A stretch of DNA of 64,000 bases from the NCBI GenBank assembly GCA_963728205.1, contig CAVSIV010000001.1:832001-896000 (forward strand), given 5' to 3'. Below, one piece after another: positions 21,682-32,453 of this stretch (position 1 is the stretch's first letter; each line of letters starts with the position of its first letter). The notes beneath the pieces were generated by a model. It did not search any database. It saw only the letters and a list, made by a program, of their open reading frames with translations, and was not told the origin of the DNA. Both the position numbers and the translations under genes were made by a program. The stretch comes from an uncultured Chloroflexia bacterium. Its GTDB lineage: Bacteria; Chloroflexota; Dehalococcoidia; UBA2979.

Positions 21682-22296
21682 TCAGGACGTGACGAGGCGC
21701 CCCACCACGAGCTGAGCGATGCCGTGATCGAAGCCGCGGCGACGCAGGAAGTCGTAGAGGCGCCGACGGACGCGCTCTTCGTCGAGGCGCCCGAGGGACG
21801 TCAGCCGGCGCCGTGCGGCGGCGAGGGCGGCCTCGACGTCGTCGTGTTCCTGGAGGACCCGCTCGGCCATGTCTCCGGAGACGCCGTGGCTGCGGAGCTC
21901 CTGCTTGAGCAGGGCAGTGCCCCGGGTCTCGGCACGCATCGAGGCGACATAAGAAGAGGCCCACGCCTCATCGTCGAGGTAGTGGAGCTCGCGCATGCGG
22001 CCTACGGCGTGATCCACCTCGTCTGGGGCGAAGGCCTGGCGGACGAGGGCGGTGCGGAGCTCGGCCTGGGTGCGACGGCGACGCGCGAGGACTTCGAGCG
22101 CGCGTCGCACGGCAAGCCGCTCGCGTCCGCGACGCCGGAGATCCTCCCATGCCGCCGGGCCGAGGGAGGCGCCCTCGTGGAGGGCATGCTCGATGATCTC
22201 TTCGACGGGGAGGAGGCAGGGCTCCTCCCCGTCGTCGATGGTGACGGCTACCACGCCGCGGCGTCGACGCTCGATCGCGGTGATGACGGGGCTCAT
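21682..22296 (-). CDS. recX: regulatory protein RecX
   Basis: Directly downstream of recA; YLDDEAWA, G...LKQEL..HGV, FLRRRGF. Confidence 0.92.
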   Translation of the reverse strand: MSPVITAIERRRRGVVAVTIDDGEEPCLLPVEEIIEHALHEGASLGPAAWEDLRRRGRERLAVRRALEVLARRRRTQAELRTALVRQAFAPDEVDHAVGRMRELHYLDDEAWASSYVASMRAETRGTALLKQELRSHGVSGDMAERVLQEHDDVEAALAAARRRLTSLGRLDEERVRRRLYDFLRRRGFDHGIAQLVVGRLVTS

Positions 22297-22341
22297 CGCG
22301 CGATCGCGTTCATCACCTGGCCTCGTCCTCGCCGCGCCGCG

Positions 22342-23544
22342 CTACGCGTCCACCGCCAGCTCGGCGTCGGCCTCCGCCTCGGCCGTCCTCGGCCTCGGCC
22401 CGATCGGGGCGTCGTTGGCGAGGTCCGCCGCGTCCGCGCCGGCCGGGGTCATGCTCGCGGCGGCCGGTGCGGCGCCGGCCTGCTCGGCGACCTTGGCGAC
22501 GCCGGAGGCGATGCGCACCTTGTGCTCGATTTCGTCGCGGTAGTCGCGGTGCTCGCGGAGGAACTGGCAGGAGTTCGCGCGGCCCTGGCCGAGGCGCTGG
22601 TCGCCGTACGAGTAGAAGGCGCCGAGCTTCTTCACGATCTCGTACTCGGCGGCGAGGTCGAGGATGTCGCCCTCGCGGTTGATGCCGTGCTGGTCCGACG
22701 TGAACATGATGTCGAACTCGGCCTGCCGGAACGGCGGCGCGACCTTGTTCTTCACGACCTTGCAGCGGACGCGGTTGCCGATGAAGGTCTGGCCGTCCTT
22801 CAGCGACTCGATGCGCCGGATGTCGATGCGGACCGACGAGTAGAACTTCAGCGCACGGCCGCCGGGCGTGGTCTCGGGGTTGCCGAAGACGACGCCGACC
22901 TTCTCACGCAGCTGGTTGATGAAGACGAGAGCGGTGCCGGAGCGCGCGCACGCGGCGGTGAGCTTGCGCATGGCCTGGGACATCAGGCGAGCCTGGAGGC
23001 CGGGGAGCGAGTCGCCCATGTCGCCCTCGATCTCGGCACGCGGCACGAGGGCCGCGACGGAGTCGACGACGATGATGTCGACGGCGCTCGACCGGATCAG
23101 GGCCTCGGCGATCTCGAGGGCCTGCTCGCCGGTGTCCGGCTGCGAGACGAGCAGTTCGGCGATGTCGATCCCGCAGGCGCCGGCGTACTCGGGATCGAGC
23201 GCGTGCTCGACGTCGATGTAGGCAGCGGTGCCGCCGCGCGCCTGGCACTCGGCGATCACGTGCTGGGCGAGCGTGGACTTGCCGGCCGACTCCGGCCCGA
23301 AGATCTCGGTGATCCGCCCGCGCGGGACGCCACCGATGCCGAGCGCGATGTCGAGGGACAGCGACCCGGTGGGGATCGAGGAGACGGCGATGGCGGCACC
23401 GGGGTCGCCCAGGCGCATGATCGCGCCCTTGCCGTACTCCTTGGTGATCTGCTCGATTGCCCGCGTCAGTTCCTCGCGACGGGCCTTCCCGTCCTTGATC
23501 TCCTTGACGCCCTTCGGCTCCCTGGAATCCTTGGCCTGGGCCAT
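22342..23544 (-). CDS. recA: recombinase RecA
   Basis: [38 protein letters not shown]. Confidence 0.98.
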   Translation of the reverse strand: MAQAKDSREPKGVKEIKDGKARREELTRAIEQITKEYGKGAIMRLGDPGAAIAVSSIPTGSLSLDIALGIGGVPRGRITEIFGPESAGKSTLAQHVIAECQARGGTAAYIDVEHALDPEYAGACGIDIAELLVSQPDTGEQALEIAEALIRSSAVDIIVVDSVAALVPRAEIEGDMGDSLPGLQARLMSQAMRKLTAACARSGTALVFINQLREKVGVVFGNPETTPGGRALKFYSSVRIDIRRIESLKDGQTFIGNRVRCKVVKNKVAPPFRQAEFDIMFTSDQHGINREGDILDLAAEYEIVKKLGAFYSYGDQRLGQGRANSCQFLREHRDYRDEIEHKVRIASGVAKVAEQAGAAPAAASMTPAGADAADLANDAPIGPRPRTAEAEADAELAVDA

Positions 23545-23599
23545 GCATGCGCTCCCGTTCGTGGGGGTGCCCCCGCTGCACCGGCCCACCGCGTTCCGA

Positions 23600-23629
23600 A
23601 CAGTAGTAGAACGGCCGTTCTACCGTCAA
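23600..23629 (-). promoter_or_regulatory. recA promoter with a LexA (SOS) box in the spacer
   Basis: TTGACG-N18-TACTGT enclosing the perfect palindrome GTAGAACGGCCGTTCTAC (23606-23623; GAAC-N4-GTTC). Confidence 0.85.
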
Positions 23630-23745
23630 GCGGGCTTCTGCGCGCCCGCGGGACACGGCGGGAGAATCGACTATCGTCGACGTCTCGCATCCGCTGTCGA
23701 CTGGTTCGAGTGTAGGCGAGCGCGGCGGGGGACGAACCGGCAGAA

Positions 23746-24075
23746 GTGAGGAGCAAAGCCCTGAACACTGCCGGGAAGCAACCTCTACCGGCGCGGTTCG
23801 CGGTCCACCTCACCCCGCGCGGCGGCCGCGACGTGATCGGCGCGGTGGAGGGCGACACCGTGCGTGTGCGCGTGGCGGCGGCGCCGGTGAACGGGCAGGC
23901 GAACGAGGCGCTGATCCGGCTGCTCGCGAAGCGCCTCCGCGTCGGACGGAACGCGATCCGGATCGTGCGTGGGGGCACGTCGGTTCACAAGGTGCTCGAG
24001 GTCGACGGGGTCACGACGGAGGCGGCGCTGCGGCGGCTCAAGGGGCCGAACGCGGCGGAGCACCCGCCGAGATAG
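23746..24075 (+). CDS. DUF167 (YggU) family protein
   Basis: VRVAAAPVNGQANEALIRLLA...G.TS..K. Confidence 0.88.
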   Translation: MRSKALNTAGKQPLPARFAVHLTPRGGRDVIGAVEGDTVRVRVAAAPVNGQANEALIRLLAKRLRVGRNAIRIVRGGTSVHKVLEVDGVTTEAALRRLKGPNAAEHPPR

Positions 24076-24088
24076 GAGCGGGGCCGAC

Positions 24089-24168
24089 TCAAGCGGCGGC
24101 AGCATGCCGCCGATACCGCCGCGGCCTTCAGGCCGGCAGGACATCGGCGGCATGCTGCCGCCGCTTGA
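24089..24168. repeat. REP-like family D, perfect 26-bp inverted repeat between convergent genes
   Basis: TCAAGCGGCGGCAGCATGCCGCCGAT ... ATCGGCGGCATGCTGCCGCCGCTTGA. Confidence 0.8.
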
Positions 24169-24199
24169 CCGGCGACGTTCTGGGGGGCGCGGCCCGGCG

Positions 24200-26718
24200 C
24201 TACTCCGGCGGCCCCTCGCCCGTGACCCCCGCCTCCACCAACCGCGCGTACTCCTCAGCACCGACGCCGACCTCAGCGAGCACCTCCGCCGAATGCTCCC
24301 CGAGGCGCGGCGATGGGCGCGTCACCGACCCGGGCGTGCGCGCGAGGTGCACGGGCACGCCCACCTGAGGCCACGTCCCCGCCTCCGGGTGGGTCACGTC
24401 CACGATCACCCCGCGCTCGCGGAACACCGGGTCCGCGGCGACCTCGAGGCCGTCCAGCACGGGAGCGGCGGGCACGCCGGCGGCGACCAGCCGAGCGGCC
24501 AGCGTGTCGCGGTCCTCGCCGGCGGTCCAGGCGGCGATCAGCGCGTCGACTGCCTCGACCGCCGCCAGGCGGGCGTCGGCCGTCGCGAAGCGCGGATCGT
24601 CCGCCCACTCGGCGTGGCCGGCGATGGAGCACAGGGTGCGCCACTGCCCGTCGTCCTCGGCGGCGATCGCAATCCAGCGCTGCTCCCCGGCGTTGGGGTA
24701 GATGCCGTATGGCGCGCACGCGAGGTCGCGGTTCCCGAGGCGCGGGCGCACCCGGCCCGTCGCGAAGTACTCGACCATCGCGTCGCCGATTACGGTCTGG
24801 TTCGACTCCTGCATCGACAGGTCGATGTACTGGCCGTCGCCCGTGCGCTCGCGGTGGCGCAGCGCGGTGACAATCGCGCCGTAGCCGTACCAGCCGGCGA
24901 TCGGGTCGGGGATCATCTGGCCGGAGTTGAGCGGCGGGCCGTCGACGTAGCCGAGCAGCGACGACATCCCCGACGTCGGCTCCACCGTGCCGCCGATGCC
25001 GACGACGTCGCGCCACGGCCCGGTCGCGCCGTAGGCGGAGAGGCTGATCATCACGAGGTCCGGCCGGATCGCGCGCAGCGACTCGTAGTCGACGCCGAGG
25101 TTGTGGGCGACGCGCGGGGCGTAGTTCTCGGCGACGACGTCGGCGCCGGCGACGAGGCGGCGGAAGAGGGCGAGCCCCTCGGGGCGGTCGAGGTCGAGCG
25201 TGATCGCGCGCTTGTTGAGGTTGACGGCGTTGTAGAGCGGCCAGCAGTTCCATGAGTGGCGGGCGGTGGGCACGTCGCGCAGCGCGGGCATGAGCGCGTT
25301 GTCGTAGCCGCCGCGCCAGGCGTCGGGCCGGCGGCGCGCCTCGACCTGGATCACGTCGGCGCCCATCAGCCCGAGCTGCTCCGTGCAGTACGTGCCGAGC
25401 CACGCGTGGGTGAGGACGACGGCGCGGATGCCGTCGAGCGGCGGGCGCGGCGGCGGGTCCTGCGCGAGCGGGCGCGGGGGGCGGGTGCGCCGCGTGCGCA
25501 CGACCTCCATGAAGAGGTCGTCGTTGTGCTGGCCGGGCAGGGGCGCGGCCGAGCGCAGCGACCACGGCGTGGCGGACATGCGGAAGGGCGGCCTGCGTCG
25601 CGCTCGATGTAAGTGCGCTCCGCGCTGGGCAGTTCGGAGGCGCGGCGGCGGGGGCGCCGTCGGATTGAGTCGGCAGGCGAGACGCCTGCCGCTCGCCGGA
25701 CGGCGCGGGCGGCGGGCGGGCGGACGAAGAAGTCGCGAGCCCGCAGATGCTCGTTCTTCGCCAGCTCGTCGACCGTGACCACGGGGCCCGCGATCACGCG
25801 CAGCGTCGACAGCGTCTCGAACAGCTCCATGCGGTCACGCTGGCGCAGGATCGCCTCGATCGGCGGCGAGAAGGCGTCGCGGTGCTGTGCGACCAGCGCT
25901 TGCGTGGCGAAGCGCGGGTCGTCGGCCATGTCCTGCAGGCCGAGCGCGAGCAGCGCGTCGCGCAGCCGCGGGCCGAGCCCGAACGTGATCGAGAGGTGGC
26001 CGTCGCGCACGGGCACGGGGAACGTGTTGATGACGTCGATCCGCGGGCGGCGCTCCCACGCGCGGCCGGCGTACTCGCTGCGCAGCACGCCGGGGCCGAA
26101 GAGGCCGAGCATCGCCTCGGTCTCCGCGACATCGACGCGCTGTCCGTAGCCGAACCGCTCGCGCGCGAGCAGCGCGGTGACGGCGGCGCCGTACGCGGCG
26201 ATGCCGGCGACGTACGAGCCGACGAGCCCGCTCGGCTTCAGCGGCTCGCGGTCGGCGAGGCCGTTGATCGACGCCCAGCCCGACAGGGCGGCCGACGTGA
26301 GGTCGTTCCCCGGCCGGCCGGCGCGCGCGCCGCTGAGGCCGTGCGGCGTGATCGCGACGAGCACTGCGTCGGGGTTCGCCGCCTCGACGGCCTCGCGCGA
26401 CAGCCCCCAGTCCGCGAGCGACGCGGGCGGCGGACCCTCGAGCACGACGTCGCTGCGCGCGGCGAGCGCGACGACAGCGGCCCGGTGGTCGGGCACGGCC
26501 GGGTCGGCCTGCAGCGAGCGCTTGTTCGCGAGGACGTAGTCGGCGAGCAGGCTGTGGCCGTCGACGGCGAGGGGCGGGCGGTGGCGCAGCGGGTGGCCCG
26601 CCGGCGGCTCGACGATGACGACGTCGGCGCCGTAGTCGGCGAGCAGTCGCGAGCACCACGCGCCGGCGACCGAGCCGGTGAGGTCGAGCACGCGGATGTC
26701 TTCGAGGGCGGCAGGCAT
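24200..26718 (-). CDS. two-domain CaiB/BaiF (family III) CoA-transferase; apparent 1-nt deletion near 25591
   Basis: Two DLT/GADV/NKR repeats; adding one base gives the linker DAGPPFRMSATPW. Confidence 0.85.
25667..25698. repeat. REP-like family B copy inside the CoA-transferase CDS
   Basis: GAGTCGGCAGGC-GAGAC-GCCTGCCGCTCGCCG; same family as the pairs at 36591-36692 and 59060-59185. Confidence 0.75.
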
Positions 26719-26742
26719 CGCGCGCGATGATAGCGGGCGGTG

Positions 26743-27171
26743 CTACCCCGAGCCCGACTCGAGGAACGCCTCGGTGAGCCAGCCGCGCACGTCGTCGTCG
26801 ACGTCCGCCGGGTCCCGGAGGTCGACACGGTGGGCGTACTTGCCCTGGTACGCGCGCGAGCCGGCGTGCGCGCGCGGGTCCTCGAGCGGCCACGGCAGCA
26901 TGAACGTCAGCGCGACGTGCCGCCGGCGCGGCCGCAGCACGGCGAACGTCGGTCCGTGCTTGACGAGGACGCCGATGTGCACGGGCTCGACCAGCGCGCC
27001 GTCGAGCTCGGCGAGCATGTCAAGCGCGGCCTCGTAGATCGGGACGAGCGCCGGGTCCTGGGTGGCGAGGAAGGCGTCGATGCCGAGCGCGGGCTCGCAC
27101 ACGTGGCCCTGGCCGCGCCGGCCGAAGCCGCGGCCGCACTCCGGGCAGGTCCAGTTCGCCGTCGCCGACAT
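26743..27171 (-). CDS. DUF5655-like protein
   Basis: WTCPECGR.F....Q.H.C N-terminus, DDDVRGWLTEA C-terminus. Confidence 0.75.
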   Translation of the reverse strand: MSATANWTCPECGRGFGRRGQGHVCEPALGIDAFLATQDPALVPIYEAALDMLAELDGALVEPVHIGVLVKHGPTFAVLRPRRRHVALTFMLPWPLEDPRAHAGSRAYQGKYAHRVDLRDPADVDDDVRGWLTEAFLESGSG

Positions 27172-27298
27172 GCCACTGAGCGTACCCAAAGCGGCGGCAG
27201 CCATGCCGCCGAGAGATGCGCGGTGTCAGCCGCCCGCACGGGCGTTCGGGGCGGATCGGCGGCATGACTGCCGCCGCTTCAGCGGGGCAGGGGTGCGG

Positions 27299-27547
27299 TC
27301 ACGCCCCCTGCAGCGCCGACGAGATCACGAACAGGATCAGGATCGCCACCATCGGGGTGATGTCGACGGCGCCGATGGTCGGGATCACACGCCGCAGCGG
27401 GTCGAGCACCGGCTCCGTGATGGTGTGCAGCACCTGCTGCACCGACCCATTCTTGTCGATCGGGAACCAGCTCAGGATCGCCTCCGCGAAGATCGCGAAG
27501 ATCAGGATCTGGACGAGGAGCTGGACGATCTGGATGACCGCGGACAT
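27299..27547 (-). CDS. YggT family membrane protein
   Basis: ILSWF...TEPVLDPLRRVIP..G.VDITP. Confidence 0.92.
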   Translation of the reverse strand: MSAVIQIVQLLVQILIFAIFAEAILSWFPIDKNGSVQQVLHTITEPVLDPLRRVIPTIGAVDITPMVAILILFVISSALQGA

Positions 27548-27553
27548 CGCTGC

Positions 27554-28354
27554 CTACTCTCCGAGTTCGACGGCGCGCATGTACGCCGCCTCGATCGCCT
27601 CATCGACGGCCGCGCGCAGCCCCGACGCCTCGAGCTCGGCGAGTGCGGCGGCGGTCGTGCCGCCGGGCGACGTCACCGCGTTGCGCAGCTCCGCCGGGTG
27701 TCGGCCCGTCTCGATGGCGTAGCGCGCGGCGCCGGCGACGGTGGCGAGCACGAGCGACTGCGCCTCGCCGCGCTTCATGCCGAGCCGCACGGCCGCGTCG
27801 ATCATCGACTCGATCAGGAGGTAGACGTACGCCGGGCCGGAGCCGTGCAGCGCCGTCGCGAGGTCGACGGAGTCGTCGTCGTGCACCTCGACGACGGCGG
27901 TCGCGACGCCGCCGAGGATGGCGCGCACCAGTTCGAGTTGAGGGGCGGTGACTTCGGGCGCCGCGAGGAAGACGGCGGCGCCCTCGCCGATGGCGGCGGG
28001 GAGGTTGGGCATCACGCGGACGCAGGCGCGATGGCCGGTGTAGCGCTTCACGTCGTCGAGCCGCACGCCGGCGGCGATCGAGATCGCGACGGCGCCGGCG
28101 GCGAAGCGGCCCTGCAGGCCGCGGGCGACGTCGGGGAGGTCCTGCGGCTTCACGGCGAAGAGGATGACGTCGGCGCCGATGCAGGCGCTCTCGGCGTCGT
28201 CGGTGACGCGCACGCCGTGCTCGCGGAGCTGGACGCGGCGGGCCTCGAAGAGCTCGGCGACGGCGATCTCGGAGGGGGAGGCGATCTCGGCGCGGATCAT
28301 GCCGCGCAGGAAGGCCTCGCCCATGAAGCCGCCGCCGATGATCGCGATCCGCAT
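27554..28354 (-). CDS. proC: pyrroline-5-carboxylate reductase
   Basis: GGGFMG, AVKPQ, RVMPN, GSGPAY, VTSPGGTT. Confidence 0.97.
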   Translation of the reverse strand: MRIAIIGGGFMGEAFLRGMIRAEIASPSEIAVAELFEARRVQLREHGVRVTDDAESACIGADVILFAVKPQDLPDVARGLQGRFAAGAVAISIAAGVRLDDVKRYTGHRACVRVMPNLPAAIGEGAAVFLAAPEVTAPQLELVRAILGGVATAVVEVHDDDSVDLATALHGSGPAYVYLLIESMIDAAVRLGMKRGEAQSLVLATVAGAARYAIETGRHPAELRNAVTSPGGTTAAALAELEASGLRAAVDEAIEAAYMRAVELGE

Positions 28355-28384
28355 CGTGCCGCTCCTGCCGTCACCGCCGCGCGG

Positions 28385-28522
28385 CTCGGTCCGCGAGGGC
28401 GCTCGGTCCGCGAGGGCTGCTCAGCCCGCGGGGCTGCTCAGCCCGCTGACGCGGGGCCGTTCGCCGCGAGGGCGCGCGGTCCGCGCGGGGCCGCTCAGCC
28501 CGCTGACGCGGGGCCGTTCGCC
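28385..28522. repeat. composite repeat with two family A copies and CGGTCCGCGAGGGC duplications
   Basis: Direct repeats seen; the second family A copy supplies the yggS stop codon. Confidence 0.7.
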
Positions 28523-29235
28523 CCAGGCTCGGCGCGCTCTCCGAAGATCGCGCGGCCGACGCGCACGACCGTGGCGCCCTCCTCCACGGCGACTTCGAAG
28601 TCGCCGGTCATCCCCATCGACAGGCCGGCCAGGCCGTGGGCCGTCGCGAGCTCGCGGAGCGCTCGGAACACCGGGCGCGCCTCCTGCGGATCGCTGACGG
28701 CTGGAGCCACGGTCATCAGGCCGACGACCTCGACGGACGGGCTGGCGGCGGCCGCCTGCAGCAACGCGTCGAGATCGCCGGGCGCCACCCCGTGCTTCTG
28801 CGCCTCGCCGGCCACGTTGACCTCAAGGTAGCAGGGGAGGTGGGCGGGCGCACCCGCGCGCATGCGGGCCGCGGCAGCGGCCGGGAGGCGGCGGTCGATC
28901 TCGGCGACCAGGGCAGCGGAGTCGAGCGAATGCAGCGCATGGACGTGCGGGAGCACGTCTCGCGCCTTGTTGCGCTGCAGGTGTCCGATGAAGTGCCACC
29001 GCGGCGCGAGGCCGGCCATGGCCGCGGCCTCCGCCTTCGGCACGAGTTCCTGCGCGCGGTTCTCGCCGAGGTCGACCTGGCCCGCGGCGAACGCCTCGCG
29101 CACGACCGCGAGCGGGTGGGTCTTCGTGACGGCGACCAGCGCGACTTCCGCCGGGTCGCGCCCCGCGCGCATGCACGCCGCGGCGATGCGGGCGCGCACG
29201 GCATCGAGGCGCGCGGCGATCGTGTCGGCGGTCAT
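28495..29235 (-). CDS. yggS: PLP homeostasis protein (YggS family)
   Basis: VAVTKT, GENRAQE, WHFIGHLQRNK, LSMGMTGD, VRVGRAIFG. Confidence 0.95.
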   Translation of the reverse strand: MTADTIAARLDAVRARIAAACMRAGRDPAEVALVAVTKTHPLAVVREAFAAGQVDLGENRAQELVPKAEAAAMAGLAPRWHFIGHLQRNKARDVLPHVHALHSLDSAALVAEIDRRLPAAAAARMRAGAPAHLPCYLEVNVAGEAQKHGVAPGDLDALLQAAAASPSVEVVGLMTVAPAVSDPQEARPVFRALRELATAHGLAGLSMGMTGDFEVAVEEGATVVRVGRAIFGERAEPGANGPASAG

Positions 29236-29484
29236 GCGGGGAGCGTAGCGCCGCGGGCGCCACGGTCGAGCGGCGGCCGGCAGGGCGCCCGATCCCTCCA
29301 CGCACTACGTGAGCCCGGTGGCCGCACCCGGGAGGCAGCCATCGGTGCCGCGGACGATCCCGGGGCGGCCCCGCGAGCCGGGCGCCGGCGGTGCGCGATG
29401 GGTGGGAGGGATCGGCACCCTGCCAGGTGCCGCTCGACCCGTCCGCGCGCAGGCGGGCGTCCGCCCGCCGCGCCGGCGGCAGCT

Positions 29485-31131
29485 CTAGCAGACCCCGCAG
29501 AGCTTGCAGCCCACCTCGGGCGGCGGGCAGGGGATTGTCGCCTTCACGCGGTCGTGCTTGTCCATCTCGCGCAGCAGGAACCGCTCGGTCATGCCGACGT
29601 CGACGATGTGCCAGGGCGGCTTCTCGCCCTCCCACGGCAGCGGGCCGTCGAGGCCGTGCTCGCGCATCGCGCGCTTGAACGAGCCGAGCGAGTTGTCCTC
29701 CATCTCGGCCAGCATCGGCGCGAGGCGGGCGTCGGCGCGCGACAGCACGTCGTCGACGCGAGCGGTCCACGGGGAGTCGCTGCGGAACTCGATGCCGGAG
29801 GCGAGGTGCTGCTTGAGGATGCCCTGCCGCGTCTTCACGGTCGCGATGTCGGACTGCTCCTGGTACTGGTACGCGGTCCACGGCTTCGGCACGAGCGGCG
29901 ACACGGCCATGACGAGGCGCGTGCCGTTCCCCGCGGCGTCGAGGCGCTCCTTGATGCGGTTGCCGAGCATCGCCATCGCGTAGACGTCGTCGTCCTCTTC
30001 GCCCGGCAGCCCGACCATGAAGTAGAGCTTGAAGCGCCGCGCGCCCGAGCGGCCGACCATGTCGGCGCCGCGCAGGATGTGGTCGTCGTTCACGCCCTTG
30101 TTGATCGCCTGGCGCATGCGCTCGGAGCCGGCCTCGGGCGCGACGGTGACCGTCTTCGTGCCGCCGGCGGCGAGCGCGCGCAGCACGGCCGGGTCGAGGT
30201 TGTCGACGCGCAGCGACGAGATCGAGATCTTCGCGCCGGCGGCGGTGGCCCGCGTCGCCAGCTCGCCGAGCTCCGGGTGGTCCGCGACGGCAGCGCCGAG
30301 CAGGCCGACCTTGTCGGTGTGGCCGAGCGAGTGCTCGACGATGCGCATGAGCTCGTCGACGGGGCGGTAGCGAGGGGGGCGGAAGACATAACCAGCGATG
30401 CAGAAGCGGCAGCCGCGGCCGCAGCCGCGCGCGCACTCGATCAGCGTCATGTCGGACAGCTCGGTGTCGGAGGTGAGCACGGTGGAGTACGCCTCGGTGC
30501 CGGCGAGATCGTGCACGTACTGGCGCTCGATGGCGCCCCAGACGGGCGGGCGCGTGGGCACGTAGATGCCGGGGACGCGCGACATCGTTTCGAGCAGGTC
30601 GTCGCGTCCGCCGAACAGGCCGTCGCGCCAGGCGGCGACGAGCGAGGGGATGATCTCTTCGCCCTCGCCGATCACGACGGCGTCGAGGAACGGGGCGACC
30701 CCGGCAGGATTCGTGAGCATGCACGCGCCGCCGGCGATCACGAGCGGGTGACGCTCGTCGCGCTCGTGGGCGTAGAGCGGGATGCCCGCGCTCTTCAGGC
30801 ACTGGACCATGTTGAAGTAGTCGTATTCGTACGACAGCGTGAAGCCGACGACGGCGAAGTCGCCGAGCGGGCGCTGCGACTCGATCGAGACGACGGGCGC
30901 GGGGTGGCGCTCGCCTGGGCCGGGCGGGTCGTAGAAGGCGCGCTCGCAGACGAAGTCGTCGTAGGCGTTGAAGAGCGCGTAGACGGTCTGCAGCGCGAGG
31001 TTCGACATCCCGATGTAGTAGGAGTTCGGGTACACGAAGGCGACGGGGATGCGGCCACCCCAGTCCTTGATGGTGACGCCGCGCTCATGGAGCAGGCGCT
31101 GCCGGGCGATCTCTCGAACGTCGTGCTTCAC
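29485..31131 (-). CDS. radical SAM protein (COG1032-like)
   Basis: YPNSYYIGMSNL, RGCGRGCRFC, APEAGSERMR, KLYFMVGLP. Confidence 0.88.
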   Translation of the reverse strand: MKHDVREIARQRLLHERGVTIKDWGGRIPVAFVYPNSYYIGMSNLALQTVYALFNAYDDFVCERAFYDPPGPGERHPAPVVSIESQRPLGDFAVVGFTLSYEYDYFNMVQCLKSAGIPLYAHERDERHPLVIAGGACMLTNPAGVAPFLDAVVIGEGEEIIPSLVAAWRDGLFGGRDDLLETMSRVPGIYVPTRPPVWGAIERQYVHDLAGTEAYSTVLTSDTELSDMTLIECARGCGRGCRFCIAGYVFRPPRYRPVDELMRIVEHSLGHTDKVGLLGAAVADHPELGELATRATAAGAKISISSLRVDNLDPAVLRALAAGGTKTVTVAPEAGSERMRQAINKGVNDDHILRGADMVGRSGARRFKLYFMVGLPGEEDDDVYAMAMLGNRIKERLDAAGNGTRLVMAVSPLVPKPWTAYQYQEQSDIATVKTRQGILKQHLASGIEFRSDSPWTARVDDVLSRADARLAPMLAEMEDNSLGSFKRAMREHGLDGPLPWEGEKPPWHIVDVGMTERFLLREMDKHDRVKATIPCPPPEVGCKLCGVC

Positions 31132-31197
31132 AGGTGATCCAGCATATGCGGTATGAGGGCGGGCGATAGGGCAGGGGACTGCGGTCCGCTGGCGCGA

Positions 31198-31467
31198 TCA
31201 GCGGCCGAGGATGCGGCGCTCTTCCTCGTCCTGGATGCGCTTGTCGCGCCGCACGAGCCAGGCGATGAACGCGACGATGATGCCGAAGGGGATGAGGGCG
31301 AGCGGCGGGTCCTGGAAGAGCAGGACGAGCGTGGCGCCGAGCAGGATCAGCGAGCCGGCCAGCACCCCGAGCAGGGGCGCGAGCATCTGGAAGACGACCT
31401 TGACCATGACGAGGACTTCGCCCCAGCTGCCCTCGGGCTCTGGCGGCGGCGCGTTGTATCCGTACAT
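31198..31467 (-). CDS. small two-TM membrane protein (89 aa)
   Basis: MYGY..PPPEPEGSWGE, two TM segments; TACACT 6 nt before ATG. Confidence 0.7.
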   Translation of the reverse strand: MYGYNAPPPEPEGSWGEVLVMVKVVFQMLAPLLGVLAGSLILLGATLVLLFQDPPLALIPFGIIVAFIAWLVRRDKRIQDEEERRILGR

Positions 31468-31565
31468 GCGCGCAGTGTAGACCCCGGCGAGCCGCGGGCA
31501 TCCCCCTCGGCTCGCCGTTCGGCGTGTTCCGCTAGCATCGCCCTCGCAGCGAAGAGGAGAACGCG

Positions 31566-32453
31566 ATGCCCCTCCAGGTTGGCGACGCCGCCGTGACCAT
31601 CGTGCAGGAGCTGGCGATGCCGACTTCGGCACGCTGGCTGTTCCCCGACGCGCCCGACCCGTTCGCGATCCTCGAGCGCGCCCGGCCGTGGCTCGAGCCG
31701 CACTTCCTTGATGCCGACGGGCACCTCGTGCAGAGCATCCAGTCGTACGTCGTGCGCACGCCCGGGATGCTCGTCGTGATCGACACCGGCATCGGCAACG
31801 ACAAGCACCGGCCGGGCGGCTTCGCCGGCTGGGACATGCGCAGCGGGCCGTTCCTCGACGACCTGCGCGCGGCCGGGTGCGCGCCGGAGGAGGTCGACGT
31901 CGTCCTCAACACGCACATGCACGGGGACCACGTGGGATGGAACACGCGGCTGGTGGACGGCCGCTGGGTGCCGACGTTCCCGAATGCGCGCTACGTCTTC
32001 GCGCGGCCGGAGTGGGAGCACTGGCAGCGCGAGGCGGAGCGCGCCGAGGGCAGCACGCGTCAGCTGGTGGAGGACAGCCTGCAGCCGGTCTTCGACGCCG
32101 GCCGCGTTGACCTGGTGCCGACGGACCACCGCCTGGCGGACGGCCTGTGGTTCGAGCCGAGTCCCGGGCACACGCCGGGGCACGTCAACGTGCGGCTGTC
32201 GTCGCGCGGCGCGGACGCGGTGTTCGTGGGAGACGCCTTCCACAGCCCGATCCAGTGCGCGGCGCCGGGCGAGCGGCCCGCGCTCGACCGGCCGGAGGCG
32301 GCTGGGGCTGCGGCGGCGACGCGTCGGGCGATCCTCGCGCGATACGCCGGCACGGACGTGCTGATGCTGGGCGCGCACTTCGCGCCGCCGTCGGCGGGGC
32401 GCGTGCGCGTCGCGGGCGACGCCTACCGCTTCGACGCGGTTACGAGCGGCTGA
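31566..32453 (+). CDS. MBL-fold metallo-hydrolase
   Basis: THMHGDHVGWN, PGHTPGH, GD.FH, GAHF. Confidence 0.92.
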   Translation: MPLQVGDAAVTIVQELAMPTSARWLFPDAPDPFAILERARPWLEPHFLDADGHLVQSIQSYVVRTPGMLVVIDTGIGNDKHRPGGFAGWDMRSGPFLDDLRAAGCAPEEVDVVLNTHMHGDHVGWNTRLVDGRWVPTFPNARYVFARPEWEHWQREAERAEGSTRQLVEDSLQPVFDAGRVDLVPTDHRLADGLWFEPSPGHTPGHVNVRLSSRGADAVFVGDAFHSPIQCAAPGERPALDRPEAAGAAAATRRAILARYAGTDVLMLGAHFAPPSAGRVRVAGDAYRFDAVTSG

